This document shows positions 1 through 10,606 of a DNA stretch of 64,000 bases, in pieces. Below the pieces are notes generated by a model, which did no database searches, was not told the DNA's origin, and saw only the letters and a list, made by a program, of their open reading frames with translations. The DNA is from Candidatus Omnitrophota bacterium (lineage in GTDB: Bacteria > Omnitrophota > Gorgyraeia > Gygaellales > Profunditerraquicolaceae). Within the stretch, counting starts at the first letter, position 1, and the number at the start of each line of letters is the position of its first letter. The position numbers were made by a program, and so were the translations under genes. The stretch covers positions 6,423 through 70,422 of the forward strand of contig JAZDED010000034.1 of the NCBI GenBank assembly GCA_043809145.1. Reading direction: 5' to 3'.

Positions 1-713
1 ACCGGGTTAACTTCTTTCTTATCTTTTTCATCGCTGCTGGCAAAATAAACTTCCATAATATCGCTGAAAATAACCGCATCCCTGGTATCAACCCTGACAT
101 TCTTGTTAAAAACCGCCGATTTCTTCAGGTAATCCATCTCCATTGGCCCGTCGCAGACAATGGTTATTTTATCAGAGCCTGAACCGGAAGGTTTTTTGGA
201 TTCAACCAGCGGATTTATATCAACCTTCACATTTTTAGTCAGGTTAAGCTGGTTAAGGTTAGGTTTTCCGCTTGCCCCCTGGCCTACGGCAACCAGATTA
301 TCTTTAGTAATATTAACCTTATCCAGAGTACTCATGGTCTGATTGGTCTTATCCCAATCAAGTGAGTCCGTAGTCATCTTTCCGCCCGATGAGATGGTAA
401 CTACGACGTTATTTTCAACGTGCAGAGTGCCTCCGGTCTTATTAAAATTTCCGGTATCAGCGGTAAGTTTGACCGTATCGTTTTCGCTGTAAAAATTACT
501 GGTTACATTGCTAAGCTTAATCAGTCCGTCAGAGATATCTGCGGATGTGCCGGCTACATCCCAACTCTTTTTTCCCTTATCTCCAAAACCAGAAAGGGAG
601 AAATCTATAATCTCCTGCCTTTCGGATTCGTTTTTGGCTGGGGGTTTATTTTGAGCAAAACAATTCTGTATTATAAAAGCCCAAACGCCTAAACTTAAGA
701 AAAATAACTTCAA
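1..713 (-). CDS. LPS export periplasmic protein, LptC-like with a following LptA/OstA-like segment (3' end outside window)
   Basis: Manual translation from TTG at 713: MKLFFLSLGVWAFIIQNCFAQ...FSLSGFGDKGKKSWDVAGTSADI...MTTDSLDWDK...ITIVCDGPMEMDYLKKSAVFNKNVRVD, open to the window edge. It lies directly after kdsC, the usual lptC position. Not in the ORF track. Confidence 0.7.
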   Translation of the reverse strand, partial: MKLFFLSLGVWAFIIQNCFAQNKPPAKNESERQEIIDFSLSGFGDKGKKSWDVAGTSADISDGLIKLSNVTSNFYSENDTVKLTADTGNFNKTGGTLHVENNVVVTISSGGKMTTDSLDWDKTNQTMSTLDKVNITKDNLVAVGQGASGKPNLNQLNLTKNVKVDINPLVESKKPSGSGSDKITIVCDGPMEMDYLKKSAVFNKNVRVDTRDAVIFSDIMEVYFASSDEKDKKEVNP

Positions 714-714
714 C

Positions 715-1242
715 TTAATTATCATAAAACCCTACTAATTCCTTCCATTTGCCCTGGGTCTTTAAAATTAATTCTGCGACTTCGCGCACCGCACCCCGGC
801 CACCCTCCCTTAGGCTTATATAAGAAGAGACCCTCTTTACCTCCGGACAGGCATTAAATACCGCAACCGAGAAACCCACCTTCTTCATTAGGCCTATATC
901 TACCAGGTCGTCGCCTACAAAACAAACCTCTTCGCTGGTCAATTTGTATTTCTTAAGTATTTTGTCTAATACCGCGGTTTTGGGAGAAATATTTTCAAAT
1001 ACCTCATCCACCTGCATATCCCTGGCCCGGGGGCGTATTGCTGCCGAGGCCTTAGCGCTTATAAGAATGGTAGATATGCCCGCCTTCTTAAGTAGATGTA
1101 CGCCCATGCCGTCGTGAACATCAAAGAATTTCAGATCCCTTCCGCGGGAATCGTAGACAATCCTTCCGTCGGTTAAAACCCCGTCCACATCCAGCAATAA
1201 TAACTTGATTTTTTTTGCCTTAGCTAGAATTTCTTCTTCCAT
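715..1242 (-). CDS. kdsC: 3-deoxy-D-manno-octulosonate 8-phosphate phosphatase
   Basis: HAD motifs DVDGVLTDG, GDDLVD and GGRGAVRE; start reassigned to ATG 1242, overlapping the kdsD stop. Confidence 0.95.
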   Translation of the reverse strand: MEEEILAKAKKIKLLLLDVDGVLTDGRIVYDSRGRDLKFFDVHDGMGVHLLKKAGISTILISAKASAAIRPRARDMQVDEVFENISPKTAVLDKILKKYKLTSEEVCFVGDDLVDIGLMKKVGFSVAVFNACPEVKRVSSYISLREGGRGAVREVAELILKTQGKWKELVGFYDN

Positions 1243-2210
1243 TAAACCAAACCTGCCTTCAATAAATCCTGTATATCCAAAAGTCCGATAGGACAATACT
1301 CTTTGTCCACTACCGGAATCTCATCGATCTTCTTCTCCTGCAATATATGCATGGCTTCCGCTGCCAACCTATCCTGCTTAATAACTTTAGGGTTTTTGGT
1401 CATTACATCCTTAATTTTTCTTTGCGTAAGATTATCGTCAGCCTCCAGATGCCGCCTTAAGTCTCCATCCGTAAATATTCCAATTAATCTTCCTTTTTTA
1501 TCCACTACGCTTACTGAACCTGCGCGGCTCTGCGTAATCTTTAAAAGGGCTTTAGAGACAGTTACATCCATATCTACTACCGGGCTTTGTTTACCCTTAC
1601 GCATCAGGTCTTCTACTTTGAGTAAAAGCCTCTTGCCCAATGCTCCCCCGGGATGGAAAAAAGCAAAATCTTTCTCTTTAAACCCCTTTAATTCCAAAAG
1701 GCACGTAGCCAAAGCATCGGTCAGCGCAAGGGTAGCGGTAGTGGAAGCCATAGGCGCCAGGCCCAATGGACAAGCTTCTTTTCTTACCGATACATCCAGG
1801 ACTATATCGCTGTGGCTAGCAAGAATAGACCTTCTATTTCCGGTAAGGGCAATAATCTTAGTCCCGATCTTCTTTAATAGGGGCAGGAGCTGCTTTAACT
1901 CTTCAGACTGTCCGCTATTGGAAATAATCACCACTGTATCCTCTTCCATTACCCTGCCTAGATCTCCGTGAATAGCTTCGGAGGAATGTAAAAACAAACT
2001 TGGCGTTCCGGTAGAAGCAAGGGTAGCGGAAAATTTCTGAGCGATAATACCGGTCTTACCCATACCGCTTACTACCACTCTCCCCCGGGTCTTAAACAAT
2101 ATATCAACTGCCGAAAGAAAATCTTTATTTATTCTGGGCTTGAGCTCCCTGATTGCCTCGGCTTCAATCTCAAGCACTTCTTTAGCTTTTTTTAAAACAT
2201 TGATTTTCAT
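1242..2210 (-). CDS. kdsD: Arabinose-5-phosphate isomerase (SIS + CBS pair)
   Basis: GMGKTG, EAIHGDLG, HPGGALG and C-terminal CBS TDGDLRR. Confidence 0.95.
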   Translation of the reverse strand: MKINVLKKAKEVLEIEAEAIRELKPRINKDFLSAVDILFKTRGRVVVSGMGKTGIIAQKFSATLASTGTPSLFLHSSEAIHGDLGRVMEEDTVVIISNSGQSEELKQLLPLLKKIGTKIIALTGNRRSILASHSDIVLDVSVRKEACPLGLAPMASTTATLALTDALATCLLELKGFKEKDFAFFHPGGALGKRLLLKVEDLMRKGKQSPVVDMDVTVSKALLKITQSRAGSVSVVDKKGRLIGIFTDGDLRRHLEADDNLTQRKIKDVMTKNPKVIKQDRLAAEAMHILQEKKIDEIPVVDKEYCPIGLLDIQDLLKAGLV

Positions 2211-2222
2211 TATCACTTATCC

Positions 2223-3041
2223 CTATAATAACGCCTGACTTATCTTCTTTACTTCTTTTAATAATTTCTCTAGTTCACTAAGATTAATCATATTCGGCCC
2301 GTCGCAAAGAGCCTTATCCGGCATAAGGTGCACCTCCAGGAATAACCCTTCACAGCCAAAAGCTGCTGCCGCGCGGGAAAGCGGCAAAACAAACTGCCTC
2401 TCTCCTCCCGAACTTGCGCCTTTGCCGCCGGGAAGCTGAACGCTGTGAGTAGCATCGTAAATTACCGGATAACCGCATGCGCGCATAATATCCAAGGCGC
2501 GAAAATCAGTAACCAGATTATTATACCCAAAACTATAGCCTCTCTCGGTAATAATAATATTTTTATTACCCGTGGCTTCTATTTTTTTAATAATTGGCTG
2601 AATATCCCACGGCGCTAAAAACTGGCCCTTTTTTATATTAATGGCCTTGCCGGTTCTGGCTGCAGACAGGATAAGGTCAGTCTGACGGCACAATAAGGCG
2701 GGAATCTGGAGCACATCCAGAACCTTAGCGGCTTTGGATACTTCTTTTTGACAGTGCACATCGCTAAGAACAGGAATTTTTAATTTTTGCTTAACTTTAG
2801 CCAAAACCTCTAGTCCGCGTTCCAAACCCGGCCCGCGAAATGAACCAGCAGAAAGACGATTGGCCTTATCATAGCTGGATTTAAAAATAAAAGGTACGCC
2901 TACTTTTTCGGTAACTCCATTGATCCTTTTGGCAGTTTCAAGACAGCCGGATTCCGATTCAATCACACATGGCCCGGCAATGAGTACCAACGGATGCCCG
3001 CCGCCGATTTTTATTTTTCCTATCTTTACTTCTTTTATCAT
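2223..3041 (-). CDS. kdsA: KDO8P synthase
   Basis: AGPCVIES, KSSYDKANR, KKGQF, DATHSVQ. Confidence 0.97.
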   Translation of the reverse strand: MIKEVKIGKIKIGGGHPLVLIAGPCVIESESGCLETAKRINGVTEKVGVPFIFKSSYDKANRLSAGSFRGPGLERGLEVLAKVKQKLKIPVLSDVHCQKEVSKAAKVLDVLQIPALLCRQTDLILSAARTGKAINIKKGQFLAPWDIQPIIKKIEATGNKNIIITERGYSFGYNNLVTDFRALDIMRACGYPVIYDATHSVQLPGGKGASSGGERQFVLPLSRAAAAFGCEGLFLEVHLMPDKALCDGPNMINLSELEKLLKEVKKISQALL

Positions 3042-3075
3042 TACCCCTTACCCCTTATCAGTTAACACTTAACTC

Positions 3076-3813
3076 TTAACACTTATCCCTCAAATACTCC
3101 TCGACCTTAGCTAAATCCTCAGGAGTATCTACTCCAATAGTATCGTATCTAGTTTCAATGACCTTAATCTTGTACCCCTCTTCCAAAACCCTCAACTGTT
3201 CCAGTTTTTCAATTCTTTCCAGGTTAGAAACAGCCAGATTTTTATAAACAAAGATAAAATCCTTAGTATAACCGTACAAGCCGATATGTTTATAATAAAC
3301 AGGGCTGGCTATATCGGAGTTTTCTGCCCGCATTGGAATAGGGGCGCGTGAAAAATACATTGCAAACCCGTCCTTATCGACCACTACCTTGACCACATGC
3401 GGATCATTAATATCATTAATATTCTCAATCCTTCTCATTAACGTGGCCATATTCAAAGCCTTGTCTTCCAGTAGCGCTCCAGCAACATTGTCAATCATGG
3501 TAGGATGAATCAATGGCTCATCTCCCTGGATATTAATAACCACTTTAACATCCAGAGGATTAATCACTTCAGCAATACGGTCTGTGCCCGAAACATGCGC
3601 CTTGGCAGTCATCACCACCTTAGCCCCGAATTCCCTGGCTACAGACGCCACCTTTTCATCATCACAGGCTATAATCAACTCATCCAGAAGCTTGGCCTTT
3701 TTAGAGCGCTCCCAGACATGCTGGATCATAGGCTTACCTAGTAGATGAACCAATACCTTACCGGCGAAACGAGTCGACGAATATCTTGCCGGTATAACTC
3801 CTACGACTTCCAT
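3076..3813 (-). CDS. kdsB: CMP-KDO synthetase
   Basis: IPARYSSTRF, NIQGDEP, EKLEQLR, GVDTPED. Confidence 0.97.
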   Translation of the reverse strand: MEVVGVIPARYSSTRFAGKVLVHLLGKPMIQHVWERSKKAKLLDELIIACDDEKVASVAREFGAKVVMTAKAHVSGTDRIAEVINPLDVKVVINIQGDEPLIHPTMIDNVAGALLEDKALNMATLMRRIENINDINDPHVVKVVVDKDGFAMYFSRAPIPMRAENSDIASPVYYKHIGLYGYTKDFIFVYKNLAVSNLERIEKLEQLRVLEEGYKIKVIETRYDTIGVDTPEDLAKVEEYLRDKC

Positions 3814-3823
3814 ATAATTCTCC

Positions 3824-4837
3824 TTAGGGTAATCTGCTGATTAATTCCTTACGATTGGTTACGGCAGTGCCTAATTTTCCTACCACTATCCCTGCGGCAA
3901 AGTTAGCAATATGAGCCGCCTCTTCTTTGCTTGAGCCCGCGCTCAGGCCCAGGGTGAAATTGGCAATTACCGTATCGCCGGCTCCGGAAACATCAAAAAC
4001 TTCCTGAGCCACCGTAGGTATATATGCAGGCAGTTTATCCTTTTGATAAAGTTTCATCCCGCTTTCGCCTAAAGTCACCAGCATGGAATCCAAACCCAGA
4101 TATTTAAGGATATGCCCTGCGGCAAGGTCAATATCCCTTGAAGAATTCAAGCGGTAATCGTCAAGTTTAAAGGTGTTGGTATTATCCTTGATCTTCAGAT
4201 TCTTTATAGCATTCTCCAGCTCTTTACGGTTAGGGGTGATCCCGGTAACTTGACGATAATACTGAAAATGCTCCTCTTTAGGATCCACGGTAATAATCTT
4301 CTTATGTTTTTTTGCCTGGGCAATTACCTCCTCCAAAAGATGCATATTAATAACTCCCTTGCCGTAATCTTCGATAATCACCGCGTCAAACTTACTTATA
4401 TTATTTCTGATAAATTTGATAATCCGGTTGTTCAGAGAATCCGGCAAAGGCTCAAGATGCTCCCAATCTACCCTGACCACCTGCTGGTGCCCGGCAAGGA
4501 TACGTGTTTTGACCGTTGTGCATCTATGAGGCTCGCTGAATACCGCAGAAGTGGATATCTTTCTCTTCTTAAACTCCGCCAAAAGAGAATTGGAATTCTT
4601 ATCTTTACCGACTACTCCCAATAAACAAACATCGGCATCCATGGAACGAATATTATAAGCAACATTAGCTGCCCCTCCGGGCATATAGGTGCGCCTGTTA
4701 GCCCAAACTACCGGGACCGGAGCTTCGGGAGAAATTCTGTCAACATTGCCCCAGATAAATTCATCAAGGATCAAATCCCCGATTACCATCACCTTAGCTC
4801 TATTGAACTTATTAACTATTTGTTTTAGATTGCGCAT
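3824..4837 (-). CDS. rfaE1: D-glycero-beta-D-manno-heptose-7-phosphate kinase (stand-alone RfaE domain I)
   Basis: RISPEAPVPV, GGAANVA, DYGKG, DVSGAGDTV. Confidence 0.92.
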   Translation of the reverse strand: MRNLKQIVNKFNRAKVMVIGDLILDEFIWGNVDRISPEAPVPVVWANRRTYMPGGAANVAYNIRSMDADVCLLGVVGKDKNSNSLLAEFKKRKISTSAVFSEPHRCTTVKTRILAGHQQVVRVDWEHLEPLPDSLNNRIIKFIRNNISKFDAVIIEDYGKGVINMHLLEEVIAQAKKHKKIITVDPKEEHFQYYRQVTGITPNRKELENAIKNLKIKDNTNTFKLDDYRLNSSRDIDLAAGHILKYLGLDSMLVTLGESGMKLYQKDKLPAYIPTVAQEVFDVSGAGDTVIANFTLGLSAGSSKEEAAHIANFAAGIVVGKLGTAVTNRKELISRLP

Positions 4838-4950
4838 AATTTTCTTAATCGCCAGTTGATTTTTGGGTATTTACTACGAGTCTTTCTCAAACCAACACGA
4901 CCCTATAAATTTATCACAAATAAGCTTTGAAATCAACTATTTTCGGGAGA

Positions 4951-6741
4951 TTATCTCTTTAAATCCTGATTACAGTATAACCTATTATATAAGCCCTCTT
5001 TGGCAAGCAATTCGGAGTGATTCCCCTCTTCGACGATTCTACCCTGGTCAATAACAATGATATGAGAGGCATTCCTTACGGTGGAAAGTCGGTGGGCAAT
5101 TACAAATACGGTCCTACCTTTAATCAGCCTGTTTAAAGCCTCTTGCACTATACGTTCTGCCTCAGTATCAAGCGCCGATGTAGCCTCATCAAGAATAAGT
5201 ATGGGCGGATTTTTAAGAATAGCCCGCGCAATTGCAATACGCTGGCGCTCTCCACCGGAAAGCTTCATTCCCCTATCTCCGATTAAAGTATCGTAACCAG
5301 AGGAAAGACGGCTTATAAAATCATGGGCATGGGCCTGCATGGCAGCCTGAACAATCTCCTCCTTTAAAGCCTCAGGTTTACCATAAGAAATATTCGCCCG
5401 TATAGTGTCATTAAAAAGAATAGTCTCCTGAGTTACCAAACCGATCTGCTGGCGCAGTGACTTAATAGTATAATTTTTAATATCTATTCCATCAATCAGT
5501 ATCGCCCCTTTTTGCGGATCATAAAAACGCGGCACCAGATCCACCAGGGTAGTCTTCCCCGAACCGCTAGGGCCCACAATAGCCAGAGCCTCACCCTTCT
5601 TTACATTCAAGCTTGCGCCTTTAAGGACCGGCACATCGGCATAACTAAACCAGACATCCTGAAAAAGTATTTCGTTCTTGAATTCCGTAAAAATGGAAGC
5701 ATTCTTTCTTTCAGCCACAGAAGCAACAGTATCAAAAATTTCATAGATACGGGTACTGGCGGCAGCTGCCTGTTGAATAAGGGAATTCACCTGGCTCAAT
5801 TTTTTAAAAGGGCGCACAAGAGAAAGCATCGAGCCTAAAAATAGCCCGAATACGCCAAAAGAAATTTTGCCGGCAATAACCTCTTTTCCTCCCCAGACAA
5901 AAACAAAGATACCAGCAATAGCCCCCAGGAATTCCGTAGCCGGAGATAACAATAGCGAGCGTTTAATACTCTTCATGGAAATCCGGTAATAATCATGATT
6001 GGCCTGATTAAACTTGGCAACCTCATGGCCCTCCATATTAAAAGCCTTGATAATCTTGGCTCCCAAAATACCTTCATAAAGGAAAGAGTTGATATCCGCC
6101 ATCTTTTCCTGGCTCCTGCGGGAAAGCTTGCGCAGCATTCTGCCCACCTTTATTATCGGAAGGCTGATTAATGGCAGTAATACTAAAGCAGTCAAAGCCA
6201 TCTTCCAATGAATGAAAAAGATCAAAAAAGTAAAAACAACTACCTGAAGGAATTGATAAATGACATCAGTGGTAGCATAAGCCACGGCAGTTTCTACCAG
6301 TTTTACGTCATTGGTAATACGCGAGATTAATTCCCCTCCCCGGCTATGCACAAAAAAGTCCAGCGAGAGCCCCTGGAATTTGGCATAAAGTTTGTTTCTT
6401 ATGTCTCTTACAACCAGCTGGCCTATGTTCGACATAAAATAACTCTGGAAGAAAGTAAAAACCCCCTTGAGAAGAAAAAGTACAACTACGGCAAAAGAAA
6501 TATAATAAAGCAGGCTCAGCTGATTACTATTATTCAAATAGTCCACGAAATTACTTAAAAATTCCGGCAGCTTTGCAGGAATGATTATTTTTTTATTGGT
6601 AAGAATTTTATCTGCAACCGGTACAATCATGCCTATTGAAATACCGTCAAAAAGAGCAGAAAACCCCATAAATACCCCGGCTAAACCCAGAATATTAATA
6701 TACGGCTTGACGAATTTCAACAACCTTAAGTAATCGCGCAT
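4951..6741 (-). CDS. msbA: Lipid A export ABC transporter (MsbA-like)
   Basis: TMD + NBD, GPSGSGKT, LSGGERQR, DEATSALD; LPS gene context. Confidence 0.8.
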   Translation of the reverse strand: MRDYLRLLKFVKPYINILGLAGVFMGFSALFDGISIGMIVPVADKILTNKKIIIPAKLPEFLSNFVDYLNNSNQLSLLYYISFAVVVLFLLKGVFTFFQSYFMSNIGQLVVRDIRNKLYAKFQGLSLDFFVHSRGGELISRITNDVKLVETAVAYATTDVIYQFLQVVVFTFLIFFIHWKMALTALVLLPLISLPIIKVGRMLRKLSRRSQEKMADINSFLYEGILGAKIIKAFNMEGHEVAKFNQANHDYYRISMKSIKRSLLLSPATEFLGAIAGIFVFVWGGKEVIAGKISFGVFGLFLGSMLSLVRPFKKLSQVNSLIQQAAAASTRIYEIFDTVASVAERKNASIFTEFKNEILFQDVWFSYADVPVLKGASLNVKKGEALAIVGPSGSGKTTLVDLVPRFYDPQKGAILIDGIDIKNYTIKSLRQQIGLVTQETILFNDTIRANISYGKPEALKEEIVQAAMQAHAHDFISRLSSGYDTLIGDRGMKLSGGERQRIAIARAILKNPPILILDEATSALDTEAERIVQEALNRLIKGRTVFVIAHRLSTVRNASHIIVIDQGRIVEEGNHSELLAKEGLYNRLYCNQDLKR

Positions 6742-6964
6742 AAATTTTACTCTCTTTTTTTATGTCGGAAAATTTATCCTTAAAGCGTGCGCATAAAAAT
6801 TTTAGTCGCTTTATTTATGAAATTTTAAAGCCTTTACGCAAGGGATAACTGGCTATTAGTTCATATCTTAACATAACGCCTGCTTTTTGTCGAGCAATTT
6901 AGAGATTACTAAGATTAAAAGATTTTAGTTGCAAGTAGATACAGTATTTGTTAATATCACTACT

Positions 6965-7891
6965 ATGAATAAATTAAGGATAGGAGTGGTGGGAACCGGA
7001 CATTTAGGCAGCCTGCATGCCAAAATATACAAAGAAATCCCGGAGTGTGAATTAGCTGCAATCTGCGATATCAATAAACCTCTCTTGGAAAAAATATCAT
7101 CTTCTCTCGGCGTAAGCGCGTATACCGATTACCGAAAGATTTTCGACAAAATCGACGCGGTAAGTATTTGCGTACCCACTAAAAACCACGCCTTGGTTGC
7201 CGCGGAGTTCCTTAAAAATAAAATCCCCTGCCTGGTGGAAAAACCCTTCACTACCAATCTTAAAGAAGCAGATCAATTGATCAAGCTTGCCAAAAAGAAT
7301 AAACTCATCCTTCAGGTAGGCCACATCGAAAGGTTTAATTCCGCTTTTGGCGCCACCAAGAAACTTATCAAAGAGCCGCGTTTTATCGAATGCCACCGTT
7401 TAAGCCCATTTCCTAACCGTTCGCTGGATATAGGAGCGGTATTGGATATCATGATCCATGACATAGATATAATCCTGGGGTTAATCCCTTCCAAGATAAA
7501 AAAAATCGAAGCCGTGGGAGTAAATGTCCTTACTGCCTTCGAAGATATCGCCAATGCCCGGATCACATTTGCGAATGGCTGCGTAGTCAACCTTACCGCC
7601 AGCCGGGTCTCGGATGAAGTAATGCGAAAAATACGCATTTTCCAGAAAGAGGCCTATATCTCTTTAGACTATAAAGATGCCCGGGCAACTGTTTACAGTA
7701 AAAAGGGGCAGGTAATTTCAAAAGAAGACCTTCCTATCGAAAAAGAACAACCGCTGCAAAAAGAATTACGCTCTTTTGTGGAATGCGTTCAGAAAAACAT
7801 TCCTCCTTTAGTAACCGGAGATATTGCCCGTCAGGCCTTAAAGGTAGCCCTCATTATCCAAAAGGATATATGGAAGAAAAAAAGATCCTGA
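6965..7891 (+). CDS. Gfo/Idh/MocA oxidoreductase, GnnA-like (UDP-GlcNAc 3-dehydrogenase candidate)
   Basis: GTGHLG, EKP, GHIERFN, DIMIHDID; overlaps the lpxB start. Confidence 0.8.
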   Translation: MNKLRIGVVGTGHLGSLHAKIYKEIPECELAAICDINKPLLEKISSSLGVSAYTDYRKIFDKIDAVSICVPTKNHALVAAEFLKNKIPCLVEKPFTTNLKEADQLIKLAKKNKLILQVGHIERFNSAFGATKKLIKEPRFIECHRLSPFPNRSLDIGAVLDIMIHDIDIILGLIPSKIKKIEAVGVNVLTAFEDIANARITFANGCVVNLTASRVSDEVMRKIRIFQKEAYISLDYKDARATVYSKKGQVISKEDLPIEKEQPLQKELRSFVECVQKNIPPLVTGDIARQALKVALIIQKDIWKKKRS

Positions 7892-9006
7892 TTATTTGCG
7901 GAGAAGCCTCGGGCGACCTGCATGCCGCAAACCTGGCAAAAGCCATAAAAAAAATAAATCCTTCGGTTAAAATTTCCGCGGTGGGCGGAAAACAGCTTCA
8001 GGCAGCCAAGGCCGATATTATTTACGACATAAAGGAACTCTCGGTAATCGGGCTGCTTGATGTATTAAAAAAACTTCCTCGCTTCATCTCTTTAAAAAAC
8101 TTCCTGATCAAAAAAATTATTAAGGAAAAATACGACCTGCTCATTATGGTCGACTTCTCCGGATTCAACCTGAGATTGGCCAAAACCTTAAATAAAAGAA
8201 CTCGCCTGGTCTACTACATCAGCCCCCAGGTCTGGGCCTCGCGTGAGGGTAGGATTAATATTATTAAAAAATACATAGATAAAATGGTTGTATTATTTGA
8301 ATTTGAAGAAAGGTTTTACCGGGAGCATGGGATAAAAGCAAGCTTTATCGGCCACCCCCTTTTAGACATTGTCAAATCAACACTTTCAAGAAACGAATTC
8401 TTAAAGGGGCTGGGATTAACGCAGGACAAGATTACCATAGCGCTGTTACCCGGTTCAAGAAATCAGGAAATAAAAAATATTTTCCCTATTATGCTCAAAT
8501 CAGCGGCAATCATCAAACAAAATATGGAAAATGTGCAATTTTTACTTGTCAAATCCCCTCAACTAGATTATGATGTATACAATAGTTGCCTGCAAGATTT
8601 TTTGCATCTAAATATTAAAATTAGCGAAGCCGGAACTTACGATTGCATTAATGCGGCAGATTTCTGTTTAGTATGCTCTGGAACGGCAACGCTAGAAACA
8701 ACTATCTTGCAGAAACCATTTGTGGTAATATATAAGTTAGGGCTTTTGAATTATCTGTTGTATCGTCCGCAGATTAAAGTACCCTTTATTGGAATAACTA
8801 ACATAATATCGGGAAAAAAGATTGTACCGGAATTTATCCAATTTAAGGCAAAGCCAAGAAGTATTGCTGAGCTTACCTTAAAGCTATTGCGTGACACGAA
8901 AGAGCTTGAACGCATGAAAGAGGATCTTACCGAAGCTAAAGAAAAATTAGGCAAGCCCGGGGCATGCGACCGGGCGGCGGAAATAATCAACGAATACTTA
9001 AAATGA
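7870..9006 (+). CDS. lpxB: Lipid-A-disaccharide synthase
   Basis: GEASGDLH, SPQVWA, GHPL, LLPGSR, SGTATLE; start ATG 7870. Confidence 0.95.
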   Translation: MEEKKILIICGEASGDLHAANLAKAIKKINPSVKISAVGGKQLQAAKADIIYDIKELSVIGLLDVLKKLPRFISLKNFLIKKIIKEKYDLLIMVDFSGFNLRLAKTLNKRTRLVYYISPQVWASREGRINIIKKYIDKMVVLFEFEERFYREHGIKASFIGHPLLDIVKSTLSRNEFLKGLGLTQDKITIALLPGSRNQEIKNIFPIMLKSAAIIKQNMENVQFLLVKSPQLDYDVYNSCLQDFLHLNIKISEAGTYDCINAADFCLVCSGTATLETTILQKPFVVIYKLGLLNYLLYRPQIKVPFIGITNIISGKKIVPEFIQFKAKPRSIAELTLKLLRDTKELERMKEDLTEAKEKLGKPGACDRAAEIINEYLK

Positions 9007-10223
9007 AGATAACTCCGACTCAAACCGTAAGCGAACTCATCGACGCTCTGTCTTTTGCTATCGATTCCGATGGTGTTAAGAATTACTACCATAGCTGGCG
9101 GGTGGCGGTTATCGCAACCGAGATATCCAGGGTTCTCGTTAAGTCCCAACAGCAAAAGATAATCCTTTGCGCCGGATTACTCCATGACGTTGGAGGAGTA
9201 GAATTATCACACCATATCCTGAATTATCTTAAACGTAGAGACAAAAACAGCATTAACCTGCTTTTATCGCATTCCATAATCGGTTCTCAATTAATCTCTA
9301 ACATCCATAGGCTTAATGAAGTAGCTAACCTGGTCCTCTATCACCACGAATGGGTTAATGGCACCGGATACCCCAGCTCAAAAATCGAGAAATACTTACC
9401 CCTGGGCTCGCAGATCCTGCGTATTGCAGACTCTATTGATATACATCTGCGTATCCGCAATTATGTCAAACTAGGACAGCTTAAAAAATGCATGCTTTCT
9501 AACATTAATAAGGAATATTCCGAGAAGGTATTTAATGCAGCCTTTAAGGCGCTGGGGAAAAGCAGTTTTTTTCCAAAAGTACGCAAGCTTGAAAATATAC
9601 CGGGTTTACTCAAGGATACAAAGAATAGGGTGGGTTCCATTGAAATTCCGCATAAGATTGACGCAATCGGCAGGGCATTGGAGGTTGTCGCCCAAATTAT
9701 CGATATGAAACATCCTTATAGCTCCGGGCATTCACTGCGTGTATCGCGTTATGCCCTGGCCTGTTCGCTGGTGCTAAAATTCACTCATGACCAAACAACA
9801 CTGATCCGATGGGCAGGATTAATTCATGACATAGGCAAGATCAGCGTCTCGCGCAGGATTCTGGATAAACCCACTCAGCTTACCCCCCGGGAATTTAAGG
9901 AAATCCGCAAACACGCCAGCTTCACCGCCAACATCATGGAGATGATCCCTTCTTTAAAAGATATCGCGCTTATGGCCAGCAGTCATCACGAATTTTTTGA
10001 CGGTTCAGGATACCCCCTAGGATTAAGAGGAGAACAGATCCCCTTAGGCTCGAGGATCCTGGCGCTCTGTGATGCCTTTGACGCCATGACCTCCAACCGG
10101 CCTTACCGTAACCCCTTAACACCTAAAGCTGCTTGCGCCGAAATCGACCGATACTCGGGCTCTCAGTTCGACCCAGAAATATCTAAATACATCATTCCTT
10201 TATTCAGGCACTTCTGCATATAA
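9003..10223 (+). CDS. Tandem HD-GYP domain phosphodiesterase
   Basis: Two HD-GYP domains: LLHDVG...HHEWVNGTGYP and IHDIGK...HHEFFDGSGYP; ATGA overlap with lpxB. Confidence 0.9.
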   Translation: MKITPTQTVSELIDALSFAIDSDGVKNYYHSWRVAVIATEISRVLVKSQQQKIILCAGLLHDVGGVELSHHILNYLKRRDKNSINLLLSHSIIGSQLISNIHRLNEVANLVLYHHEWVNGTGYPSSKIEKYLPLGSQILRIADSIDIHLRIRNYVKLGQLKKCMLSNINKEYSEKVFNAAFKALGKSSFFPKVRKLENIPGLLKDTKNRVGSIEIPHKIDAIGRALEVVAQIIDMKHPYSSGHSLRVSRYALACSLVLKFTHDQTTLIRWAGLIHDIGKISVSRRILDKPTQLTPREFKEIRKHASFTANIMEMIPSLKDIALMASSHHEFFDGSGYPLGLRGEQIPLGSRILALCDAFDAMTSNRPYRNPLTPKAACAEIDRYSGSQFDPEISKYIIPLFRHFCI

Positions 10224-10226
10224 ACG

Positions 10227-10547
10227 CTAATCGAGTATTTTTTTAATCTTTAAAACAACTTTCAAAGCTTCTACTTCTTTGTATAACGCAGTATAATCAG
10301 ATTTTAGTTTCTCGATTTCAGAATACATCTGGGATGTTTGCCGCGAAACATATTCACTGATATTCTCTAGAATTATTAACCCCTCCTTCTTCACCACCTT
10401 CATCCCCTTTGGCACTACTATATTGGTTTGCCCGACCGTAATGTTTTCCATTCCTTCGGGAAGCGCATTTTTAGACTCCTGTGCCAGGGTTTGAAAAACG
10501 AACAGCATAAATGAAATTATTACCAAAGCAAATAGTTTTATCTTCAT
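10227..10547 (-). CDS. Hypothetical exported protein with C-terminal coiled coil
   Basis: Signal peptide-like N-terminus; GGGGGA RBS. Confidence 0.65.
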   Translation of the reverse strand: MKIKLFALVIISFMLFVFQTLAQESKNALPEGMENITVGQTNIVVPKGMKVVKKEGLIILENISEYVSRQTSQMYSEIEKLKSDYTALYKEVEALKVVLKIKKILD

Positions 10548-10606
10548 AGCAATCCCCCTTTATTTCAAAATTATTAAATCGTTTTACGGTAATAACGCTC
10601 ATCTAA

